Shown here: piece by piece, positions 17,005 to 23,481 of the stretch
How positions within the stretch are numbered: the stretch's first letter is position 1
Layout of the letters: each line of letters starts with the position of its first letter
From: a virus
Length of the DNA: 37,865 nt
Direction: 5' to 3' (one strand)
IMG/VR virus record: IMGVR_UViG_3300037419_001092
Translations under genes and position numbers: made by a program
Notes under the pieces: generated by a model
Database searches by the model: none
Seen by the model: the letters and a program-made list of their open reading frames with translations, nothing else
What the model was told of the DNA's origin: nothing

Positions 17005-17312
17005 TGATATTCTCCTGTACTCGTAGGCTCGGTGTCTTCTCCGCTCTGTTTCAGCTCTTGCCTTAATTGCTGCACTCGGTCATTTATTCCAGTACTATGA
17101 GCAAGAATTAAGCCAGTTCTCTCGTCATACCAAACATGTTCCAATTCATCTATCCTCGCAAGGTCAATCCGGCGGCGTATTTCGGCGGCTGCTTGGTGTA
17201 CTGTAACGGGGTAATTCTCTCCGTGTTTGATGGTATTGAGAGTACTATCACCATAGAATGTGCGTGTTAGCATTTCCTCTATCCACGCATCGTTATTGCT
17301 TGGGGTGGTCAT
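16995..17312 (-). CDS. 105-aa hypothetical protein
   Basis: The tracked start is a GTG at 17333. ATG 17312 forms an ATGA overlap with the 48-aa ORF upstream. Confidence 0.75.
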   Translation of the reverse strand: MTTPSNNDAWIEEMLTRTFYGDSTLNTIKHGENYPVTVHQAAAEIRRRIDLARIDELEHVWYDERTGLILAHSTGINDRVQQLRQELKQSGEDTEPTSTGEYQWR

Positions 17313-17455
17313 TGCTGAAGCTTGCCTTTCCACTCTTGAAATTGTTCTTTCAATTCATCATAAATAGGCTGTATAGCGTCGTCATCTTCATGGTCTTCTG
17401 GGTCAGCGCCAATCTGTTTTGCAGCTAGCACCCATAATATTTGTTGTTCAGTCAT
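17309..17455 (-). CDS. 48-aa acidic mini-protein (below cutoff)
   Basis: Hand translation MTEQQILWVLAAKQIGADPEDHEDDDAIQPIYDELKEQFQEWKGKLQQ. GGGGGA SD upstream. Confidence 0.5.
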   Translation of the reverse strand: MTEQQILWVLAAKQIGADPEDHEDDDAIQPIYDELKEQFQEWKGKLQQ

Positions 17456-17600
17456 CGCTTTCCCCCTTAAATTTGCTTACATAATGAAAGGTACAGTAGG
17501 GTAATGAGCATCGCCCTTCACCACCCGTAGGAGTAGTCACGACCACCGTTGGTTGACGGTCGCATAACAAACAAGTTACTTCATTGTTTGATGTGGTCAT
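17448..17600 (-). CDS. 50-aa Cys4 mini-protein (below cutoff)
   Basis: Hand translation MTTSNNEVTCLLCDRQPTVVVTTPTGGEGRCSLPYCTFHYVSKFKGESDD. ATGA overlap with 17597..17887. Confidence 0.5.
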   Translation of the reverse strand: MTTSNNEVTCLLCDRQPTVVVTTPTGGEGRCSLPYCTFHYVSKFKGESDD

Positions 17601-17887
17601 AATTCCTTCCTTACATCCTCTATAGTTGCGTTAATTAGACGTACTGCTTGGTTGAAGCCTGTTATTATTGCTTCTTGTTCAGCTATCTGCATTTCAGTAT
17701 GTTCTCTTAGGTACTGCTTTGGATGTTCTAGCTTGCCCGGCACTCCTGCCTGTAGGCAATCGAGGAGGGCTTGTTTTTCTGATTTTATGAGGGCTTTGAT
17801 TTGTTCCTTTTTAAACTGAGCAGTAGTTGGTTGGATAGGTCTTAAAATAGTGTCTAGTCTGTCATCTGGATTAGGTAGTGAGGTCAT
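17597..17887 (-). CDS. 96-aa hypothetical protein
   Basis: ORF track. Confidence 0.75.
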   Translation of the reverse strand: MTSLPNPDDRLDTILRPIQPTTAQFKKEQIKALIKSEKQALLDCLQAGVPGKLEHPKQYLREHTEMQIAEQEAIITGFNQAVRLINATIEDVRKEL

Positions 17888-18159
17888 AGAAGCTCCTTAG
17901 CGTTCTTGCCTGGTTTGGGTTGGCTAACGGTCTGGGGAAGCCGCTGTGCTAACTCCCTACTGGTTTTATCGTAGTCAGAGCGAAGACCAGAGCCACCGCA
18001 CCAACTGCAGCCCCCAAACTGTACAGGGCTATCATCACCCTCAATGTAAAATTCCCACTTTTGGCCGTTACATGCTAGGCAAACCAACTTACATGCAGGG
18101 CAAGTACTAACGAACGGCTTATTGTGGTTATGTCTTAGGCCAACATCTACCTTGCTCAT
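17884..18159 (-). CDS. 91-aa DnaJ-type CxxCxGxG zinc-finger protein
   Basis: CPACKLVCLACNGQ ... CSWCGGSG. Confidence 0.75.
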   Translation of the reverse strand: MSKVDVGLRHNHNKPFVSTCPACKLVCLACNGQKWEFYIEGDDSPVQFGGCSWCGGSGLRSDYDKTSRELAQRLPQTVSQPKPGKNAKELL

Positions 18160-18407
18160 AGCTCTTTAGTCTCCTTTGAGGTGAGGGGCGGGTCTGAAAC
18201 GTACTTCTCGTGATTGATTTGTAGGAATATGGCTGCTAACTTGAGCCATAATTTACGAGGTATGAACCGTGGTTGCTGCTTAATCACAAGTTTAATTCTG
18301 TCGGTTAGTATCTTTTCTCTCTTATCGCCAATGTCTACAATTACTGACCTATAAAAATCATCTATAGGCTTTTCACGCATCCATGCTTGTTCTTTCAAAG
18401 TTGCCAT
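18156..18407 (-). CDS. 83-aa hypothetical protein
   Basis: ORF track. Confidence 0.75.
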   Translation of the reverse strand: MATLKEQAWMREKPIDDFYRSVIVDIGDKREKILTDRIKLVIKQQPRFIPRKLWLKLAAIFLQINHEKYVSDPPLTSKETKEL

Positions 18408-18424
18408 CCTAGTACTTCTCCCTT

Positions 18425-18643
18425 TTAATCCTTGGCTAAATCTCTCCGGCGTATCTCAGCCTTCAATTCTTTCCATAGCTGATAGCGCTCGCGTAAATTA
18501 AAGCCTCTCATCGACGCTTTCTTGTGACTCTCACTTCTAAAGAACAAAAAGCCATTAGCAACCCACAACTTTCTGCCGTCTTTATGAGAAGCGGTATAGT
18601 CATTTATTGACCAGTCTTTGAAAAAGCCATCAAACTTGCTCAT
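18425..18643 (-). CDS. 72-aa hypothetical protein
   Basis: ORF track. Confidence 0.75.
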   Translation of the reverse strand: MSKFDGFFKDWSINDYTASHKDGRKLWVANGFLFFRSESHKKASMRGFNLRERYQLWKELKAEIRRRDLAKD

Positions 18644-18873
18644 TCCTGTGTCTCCTCTATCTCTAGTTGTAGTTGGCCTGAGTAGTGGACTGCTAGTCTG
18701 CCTGCTAAGGTTCTACTGAGTTCTGCTTCTTGTTCGTGGTAGTCTGCTTGGGAAGTGTGGTAGTCGATGAGCCTTGGTACTAAGTTGATTACTTTTTCAG
18801 TCATAGCTAGTCTTTCAATATTAGGTAATATAAGCTGACGTTTAAGAGTAATAGGATAGATATCAACAGCCAA
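18640..18873 (-). CDS. hypothetical protein; start uncertain (TTG at 18873 or ATG at 18804)
   Basis: ORF track. A competing 35-aa TM mini-ORF (18807..18914, MSKPPYRINHPVRYWLLISILLLLNVSLYYLILKD) overlaps the first third. Confidence 0.6.
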   Translation of the reverse strand: MAVDIYPITLKRQLILPNIERLAMTEKVINLVPRLIDYHTSQADYHEQEAELSRTLAGRLAVHYSGQLQLEIEETQE

Positions 18874-18932
18874 TAGCGTACTGGATGGTTTATTCTGTAT
18901 GGTGGCTTACTCATCACTCTTGAGTCCCCTCT

Positions 18933-19106
18933 CTACACGCCTTTAGTAATGGTTTGTCGTCCATAAGCGTTCTTGCGACCCTCTAATTGCATTTGATTGA
19001 CTGTGGAAGCCTCTGTGGTAACTGTTGTGGTGGTTCTTTGAATAAGCTGGTGTATTTCCTCTACTGAACCAGTGACGACTATTCCGTTAATTACTGCTGT
19101 TGCCAT
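18933..19106 (-). CDS. 57-aa mini-protein (below cutoff)
   Basis: Hand translation MATAVINGIVVTGSVEEIHQLIQRTTTTVTTEASTVNQMQLEGRKNAYGRQTITKGV. AGGAG SD with a 6-nt spacer. Confidence 0.55.
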   Translation of the reverse strand: MATAVINGIVVTGSVEEIHQLIQRTTTTVTTEASTVNQMQLEGRKNAYGRQTITKGV

Positions 19107-19239
19107 CTTCTTCTCCTGTTCTATAGAACTGAATACTTGCTGGGGTTATCTCTACTTCTTCTGCTTGTGGGAGTAGAAGTCGTAGTGCTTCACTCATGAG
19201 TTCTTTAATATTGGGTTTGGTGTAGATACGTTCGGTCAT
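19087..19239 (-). CDS. 50-aa mini-protein (below cutoff)
   Basis: Codon-by-codon translation MTERIYTKPNIKELMSEALRLLLPQAEEVEITPASIQFYRTGEEDGNSSN. ATGA overlap with 19236..19529. Confidence 0.5.
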   Translation of the reverse strand: MTERIYTKPNIKELMSEALRLLLPQAEEVEITPASIQFYRTGEEDGNSSN

Positions 19240-19529
19240 GATGGTTCCTTTGCGGATTTGTGAATGCCATTAATGCTGCCCGGGCCTTGCGTAACCAAGT
19301 CGGTAACCTTATCATGGCTTTCAGCGTCCTCTGAGTAGAGAATTAGTCGGTCGTTGGCTATATAGCGTCGTATCTTGCGTCCCTCTAACTCCTCTACAAC
19401 CACGCTTAACTTGCAGCCACCTGTGTTCAGATACCTACCCATGCCCCTGATTGCGCCCGCTGGTAAGAATAGGGTATCGACTTGGTTGCCACTGACTTGA
19501 GCTGTCTCTGATTTACTTGAATCCGCCAT
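19236..19529 (-). CDS. 97-aa protein with C-terminal TQGPGxIxG motif (paralogue of 15949..16188)
   Basis: ORF track plus the shared motif. Confidence 0.75.
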   Translation of the reverse strand: MADSSKSETAQVSGNQVDTLFLPAGAIRGMGRYLNTGGCKLSVVVEELEGRKIRRYIANDRLILYSEDAESHDKVTDLVTQGPGSINGIHKSAKEPS

Positions 19530-19531
19530 AA

Positions 19532-19633
19532 TTACACCTTCAACACATCCATATACATAAGAATGAATATCGTTATTCCTGAGTAGGCTATAAACTTAAC
19601 TGCTTCCCATTTGAGTACTTCTAAAACTTCCAT
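19532..19633 (-). CDS. 33-aa single-TM mini-protein (tentative)
   Basis: Hand translation MEVLEVLKWEAVKFIAYSGITIFILMYMDVLKV. Its stop is 2 nt before the next ATG. Confidence 0.35.
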   Translation of the reverse strand: MEVLEVLKWEAVKFIAYSGITIFILMYMDVLKV

Positions 19634-19660
19634 ATCTTCCCTTTGCGTGGATATTCGTAC

Positions 19661-19864
19661 TTAAGCTTGTACGTCTGTAGACTTACGGCGGCTAACCCGA
19701 CCACCTTTTGCTCCGGCGAGCCTGGCTCGTTCTCGGTTGAGCGCAAAGCCTTTCGGGACTTTAGCTGCACCACCTTTAGCGCCAATCTTTGCATAGTAGT
19801 CATGACCGTATTTCTCCTTGTTAGTTTCTGCTGCCTGTAATCCTGCTTGTTTATTCCCTGCCAT
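19661..19864 (-). CDS. KGG-repeat (general-stress GsiB/con-10-like) small basic protein
   Basis: YYAKIGAKGGAAK ... RLAGAKGGRVSRRK: two KGG motifs. Confidence 0.7.
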   Translation of the reverse strand: MAGNKQAGLQAAETNKEKYGHDYYAKIGAKGGAAKVPKGFALNRERARLAGAKGGRVSRRKSTDVQA

Positions 19865-19865
19865 G

Positions 19866-20285
19866 TTAAGCTCCTAAATAGTTATCAATCTTAGTAATTG
19901 CGTCCTCGTATCCAACTGCAAAGTCTGCCTTATAGCCTTGACTCTCCAGCGCTTTCAGTACCATTGCTTGCTCGATGTGGTGCGGATTAGCGCGTAACAT
20001 GCCGTCCTTCTTGTAGATCGCTGTGCCTTCCTTCTTGAGTTCTAGGAATAGGCCGCAGTAGCCGCCTTGCAATGCGCCGCTGAAACTTATTAAGTCTCCA
20101 GTTTTTGCTGACACTGGTTTAGCAATGAACATATCAGGCCAGGCTCGCTTATTTAAGCGGCCGTATAGATTCCTTGCCTTATGGCTTGGTGTCCATACGC
20201 CACCGAGATCGAAGCGATACAGTACATTTGGATATTTAAGGTTCATATATCGTGCTATTTGCTCGTAGAGGTCGTTTTCAGTCAC
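19866..20285 (-). CDS. VRR-NUC (PD-(D/E)xK) nuclease
   Basis: WPDMFIAKP ... GLFLELKKEG ... IEQAMVLKALESQGY matches the PD...ExK...Q layout of VRR-NUC domains. Confidence 0.75.
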   Translation of the reverse strand: MTENDLYEQIARYMNLKYPNVLYRFDLGGVWTPSHKARNLYGRLNKRAWPDMFIAKPVSAKTGDLISFSGALQGGYCGLFLELKKEGTAIYKKDGMLRANPHHIEQAMVLKALESQGYKADFAVGYEDAITKIDNYLGA

Positions 20286-20520
20286 GACTGTTGACCTCGA
20301 AGCGATAGTTCAGTGTGTACCAGCGGAGGCTTCTGTTCGGTTTACGGAACATGTTCCCCCTGTCTCGTTCTTCGCTAATGTCGTATCCGTCGTTTCTGAT
20401 CTCGTGGATACGAGCGCCGTAGCGTGGTGTTATCTTGCTGAGTTCAAAGTTAGAAACCTTGTCGGTTGTCTGTAGTTTGCGGAGTATTTGTTTATAGTGA
20501 GTCTCTTTGACTGCTTGCAT
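20278..20520 (-). CDS. winged-helix DNA-binding protein (HTH_39-like)
   Basis: KVSNFELSKITPRYGARIHEIRNDGYDI is the typical recognition-helix ARIxELRxxGxxI pattern. Confidence 0.7.
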   Translation of the reverse strand: MQAVKETHYKQILRKLQTTDKVSNFELSKITPRYGARIHEIRNDGYDISEERDRGNMFRKPNRSLRWYTLNYRFEVNSRD

Positions 20521-20540
20521 CTTTTTACCCTCGATTTAAG

Positions 20541-20630
20541 TTATCGCCAGACACTTTTGAAGCACTTTTTGCAGGCTGGTTTGCGGTGTGACTTGCACTC
20601 CCGAACACCTGCAACTGCGTTTGTTCTCAT
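20541..20630 (-). CDS. 29-aa Cys-rich mini-ORF (tentative)
   Basis: Hand translation MRTNAVAGVRECKSHRKPACKKCFKSVWR. AGGGGGA SD 4 nt upstream. Confidence 0.35.
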   Translation of the reverse strand: MRTNAVAGVRECKSHRKPACKKCFKSVWR

Positions 20631-20639
20631 AATTCCCCC

Positions 20640-21287
20640 TTAGTTGTACTGTGGTATTTCCTCAGTGTTGATTCCATCGGCGCGGAGAGCACGTTCAATG
20701 CTTTTCCACTCCTCGTCTTGTATGACGTTGTGTGAGACATTCTTAGGTACACTGGCGGCCGGTTGCGGTTCCGGCTCTTTAATCTCTTGAGTCCTTAAGC
20801 CATGTGAGGGCTGAGAACCAGTGTTAAAATCCACTTTGTCTAAATCGGGACGATTGTCTTTAACTCGATCTACCATTGCGTAGAGCGTCTTCGCATAGCT
20901 CTCAACGTCCCACCCGCTCTTAGGGGCGTTACCGCTCGCCAGGTAGTGAACCGCTTGTCCAATCGCCCACTGAGCGCGGATAGCGTTATCGTCGCGTGGT
21001 TGCCATTCTTTCTGTTCCTTCTTCGGAACAATGCTGGCTTGCTTGGGTTGTTCTTCAGGGTCTTTCCGCTTGTGAAAACGACGGTACGGATTCCCATTTT
21101 TATAGGTTTCGTCTTTAATCTCACCGTAATATGACTTCCCCACTTCGATGCGTTCAGTGGTTTCAGGTTTCATCACCCACTTTGTAGGCTCAGATATCCC
21201 TTCCCATGCAGCATCACACCAAACGTTGCCTTGGAAATCTTTAAAATCGCTTGCCTTAAAGCTCTTAAGTACATATTCTTGTGCCAT
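20640..21287 (-). CDS. 215-aa hypothetical DNA-metabolism protein next to ssb; C-terminus ...NTEEIPQYN
   Basis: ORF track. Position next to ssb, a basic/Pro-rich linker and an acidic tip. Confidence 0.8.
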   Translation of the reverse strand: MAQEYVLKSFKASDFKDFQGNVWCDAAWEGISEPTKWVMKPETTERIEVGKSYYGEIKDETYKNGNPYRRFHKRKDPEEQPKQASIVPKKEQKEWQPRDDNAIRAQWAIGQAVHYLASGNAPKSGWDVESYAKTLYAMVDRVKDNRPDLDKVDFNTGSQPSHGLRTQEIKEPEPQPAASVPKNVSHNVIQDEEWKSIERALRADGINTEEIPQYN

Positions 21288-21297
21288 GTCAGTCCTC

Positions 21298-21621
21298 CTA
21301 AACGAACGTTACGTCTTTCGCTAATACTTCAACTTTGGTAACGGATACACCGTCCTTGTCGTACTTGCGGGTTTGTAGTCGGCCTTCAATAACGACCCGG
21401 CTACCTTTCTTCAGTAGATTTGCGATAGTTTCTGCTAAGTTGCCGAAACATACGCAGTCGATGTAGTCAGTGGCTTCTCTGAACTCACCACTGGCGTCTT
21501 TGTAGTTGCGATTCAGGGCCACGGAAAATGAAGTCACTGCTTGGCCTGAACTACTTTGGCGGAGTTCGGGATCACGAGTTAAGTTACCCATCAAGATAAC
21601 TTGATTGATCGCTCGACTCAT
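21298..21621 (-). CDS. ssb: single-stranded DNA-binding protein, OB-fold only (107 aa, no acidic C-terminal tail)
   Basis: MSRAINQVILMGNLTRDPELRQSSSGQAVTSFSVALNRNYKD... is a canonical SSB N-terminus. The protein ends at ...AKDVTFV. Confidence 0.9.
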   Translation of the reverse strand: MSRAINQVILMGNLTRDPELRQSSSGQAVTSFSVALNRNYKDASGEFREATDYIDCVCFGNLAETIANLLKKGSRVVIEGRLQTRKYDKDGVSVTKVEVLAKDVTFV

Positions 21622-21872
21622 TACTTAATCTCCGCAGGCTTGTTAATTAGCCACTTACCGAGCACGACTGCTGTTAGGCCAACCATGACCGCGACAGAAG
21701 CGATTACGAGCCGGTAGAGAAACCCATTCAAGTGAGCCATCTGTGCATACTTGTATGCTGAGAGTTCACAGGTAATAAATGATGTTCCTAGTACGATTAC
21801 TGAGAGGTTGTATAAAGCAACCTGAACTTTCTTCTTCGTGTCCACTGTTGCTTGCTTAATTTCTTTCGTCAT
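21621..21872 (-). CDS. 83-aa two-TM membrane protein
   Basis: ORF track. Two hydrophobic helices. Confidence 0.75.
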   Translation of the reverse strand: MTKEIKQATVDTKKKVQVALYNLSVIVLGTSFITCELSAYKYAQMAHLNGFLYRLVIASVAVMVGLTAVVLGKWLINKPAEIK

Positions 21873-21881
21873 TTCATGCTC

Positions 21882-22085
21882 CTAGAAAGGCTTGTTATCA
21901 AGACCTTCTGCTATTAGTTCTGTTGCTGTTGCGTTCGGGCGTCGTACCAGAACGATCAAGTCGTACTGCGGGCCGTCTTCTGGCTGAATGTCGTACTCTT
22001 GAGTAACGACGATCTTGCGTATACCGAGAGCATCACCGAGTTTGTCGTTCAGTGGCTCTATCTGAGTCTTAAAATCCTGTAACAT
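21882..22085 (-). CDS. 67-aa hypothetical protein
   Basis: ORF track. Confidence 0.7.
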   Translation of the reverse strand: MLQDFKTQIEPLNDKLGDALGIRKIVVTQEYDIQPEDGPQYDLIVLVRRPNATATELIAEGLDNKPF

Positions 22086-22192
22086 AATTTCCCCTTATCC
22101 CGCCGATGGACTGATTAGAGCGGATGGCTTACCGTTTCGCGTGATTATTAGTAGCATCCCCTCCGCTCAAGCCAGCCCACTGGCGTAGTGTG

Positions 22193-22314
22193 GTGAGGGA
22201 GTCTCGCACACTCCCCCACCGTGTAAAGCGCATGGTGCTAGCAGCAAGCGATGCCCGTCCATGCTAGCGAGTCGTCATCCTTCTCTTACTACCAGCACTA
22301 CTGCGCTTTACATT
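22193..22314. promoter_or_regulatory. GC-rich structured element within the intergenic region 22086..22323
   Basis: Hairpin 22193..22203 / 22211..22221 (11 bp, 1 mismatch). Helix 22222..22232 / 22304..22314 (10 WC pairs plus 1 G-T) encloses GCTAGCA/TGCTAGC (22238..22244 / 22263..22269). There is no credible ORF. Confidence 0.4.
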
Positions 22315-22323
22315 TAGAATCGG

Positions 22324-22869
22324 CTACCACCAACGTTGAGCAACCCAAGTGCTGTATGCGCCCCACCAAGACCCGTATCGGGTCGTAGCATATTGCGTAC
22401 ACCATTTCAGTTGCGTCACAGGGTTCGTCTGCCAGTCATCACCTGCTGCTGCCATTTTGTAGGCTGGAAGGCTTTGACAAAGCCCGTATGCTCCAGTCGT
22501 CGGCTCAGATGCGTATAACCGCCAGGACGATTCATGAGAGATAATGTACTCAACGGCCGGGAAGTCGCTTGAAGCGATCCCTGCTTGAGTCATCAAGTCT
22601 TCATGAGAACCTGTAACGTAGGTTGGTTGTGGAGGCTGCACTGGCTGTTGTGCTGGTTGAGCTTCAGCTTGCGCTTTTGGCTCTGGCGTCTCAGTTGCCG
22701 CAACCTTCACCTGCGGTGTTTTCACCGCTACCGATTCTGCTTTTTTAATGTTCTGAGACGCTTGATTCGCGTTGTTTAGGGTCTGATTTGTTGGTATCGC
22801 CAAAATTAAGGCAATAGCAAACCCGACCAATCGCAATGAACGAATGGCGTATCCTTTTTGGTGTTGCAT
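22324..22869 (-). CDS. membrane-anchored/secreted SLT-type lytic transglycosylase-like protein (181 aa)
   Basis: N-terminal TM/signal anchor, a Pro/Gln-rich linker, then IISHESSWR...TGAYGLCQSLP (the E-S ... GL-Q motif of SLT/IsaA/Apf-like domains) and a Trp-rich C-terminus. Confidence 0.75.
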   Translation of the reverse strand: MQHQKGYAIRSLRLVGFAIALILAIPTNQTLNNANQASQNIKKAESVAVKTPQVKVAATETPEPKAQAEAQPAQQPVQPPQPTYVTGSHEDLMTQAGIASSDFPAVEYIISHESSWRLYASEPTTGAYGLCQSLPAYKMAAAGDDWQTNPVTQLKWCTQYATTRYGSWWGAYSTWVAQRWW

Positions 22870-23028
22870 TAAGGCTGCAACTTCACCTGATTGAGTTATG
22901 GCTCAACCGCACCGTATAAATCTCTTTGTTCTACCTCTGTTGTAAGCCGGTACATCATACCGTTGGCTGCTCATCTGTTGAGGAGAACGCCAGCTTTTTA
23001 AGGGCTGGTCTGATGTCGATTATCAGAT

Positions 23029-23054
23029 TTCGTAAATCCTAGTCTCGGCATCAG
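23029..23054 (+). repeat. 26-nt leader repeat, copy A (TTCGTAAATCCTAGTCTCGGCATCAG), preceded by a -10-like GATTAT
   Basis: 23/26 identical to 23331..23356. GATTAT at 23018..23023. Local hairpin AGTCT (23041..23045) / AGACT (23053..23057). Confidence 0.7.
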
Positions 23055-23119
23055 ACTTATACTAAAAAGTCCGGGGTGGAAATCCCGAACCGTATCTGTT
23101 ATGCTAGATGACGATGTAC

Positions 23120-23191
23120 GCCATCTTAGCTCAGGGGTAGAGCACTTCCATGGTAAGGAAGGGGTTCTGACCTCTGTACGGTCGAGTTTTC
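23120..23191 (+). pseudogene. tRNA-Thr(GGU)-like 5' two-thirds (acceptor 5' strand, D-arm, anticodon arm) with a degenerate T-arm and non-pairing 3' strand
   Basis: GCCATCT-TA-GCTC-AGGGGTA-GAGC-A-CTTCC-ATGGTAA-GGAAG is canonical. After 23161 the T-loop is TCTGTAC and only 4 of 7 acceptor pairs form. Confidence 0.6.
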
Positions 23192-23294
23192 CGAGTGCTA
23201 AGCTTTTAAGGCAACGATTGAAGCGTAATGCTTAATTGTTACTCATCAGTATAGAGCATAAGCGCACTATTGTCAACATATATTGTTAATATGC

Positions 23295-23323
23295 TTGAAC
23301 AAATTACGAAAGTTTGCTATTAT
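23295..23323 (+). promoter_or_regulatory. sigma70-type promoter of the small RNA
   Basis: TTGAAC (23295..23300), 17-nt spacer, TATTAT (23318..23323). Confidence 0.65.
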
Positions 23324-23329
23324 ATAAGT

Positions 23330-23409
23330 ATTCGTAAATCCTAATCTCGGTGTCAGTGTATAGCCTGATGCTGAGATCTCGGCAGAAGGCTCCCTCGGGG
23401 GCCTTTTTT
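23330..23409 (+). ncRNA. ~80-nt small RNA: leader repeat copy B, 13-bp hairpin, intrinsic terminator
   Basis: Hairpin 23344..23356 / 23365..23377 (13 bp including 3 G-U pairs that exist only in the plus-strand RNA). Terminator stem 23386..23393 / 23398..23405 with a CTCG loop and T6. No ORF. Confidence 0.65.
23386..23409 (+). terminator. rho-independent terminator of the small RNA
   Basis: AAGGCTCC-CTCG-GGGGCCTT followed by TTTT. Confidence 0.7.
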
Positions 23410-23481
23410 CGTACTCACACAGTCTTATTAAAAACTTATCAACCAGGCCGCAGCAGACGGCCATAGTTTGTGTGTAGTAGT

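Noticed and set aside
19621-19803. 60-aa minus-strand ORF overlapping the KGG gene, and the plus-strand ORF 19643..19840
   Set aside because: These are shadow frames of 19661..19864, which has the recognisable KGG motifs.
20870-21124. 84-aa minus-strand ORF and a 62-aa plus-strand ORF inside 20640..21287
   Set aside because: They are fully embedded in a longer, better-supported frame. They encode Arg/Lys-rich nonsense-like sequence.
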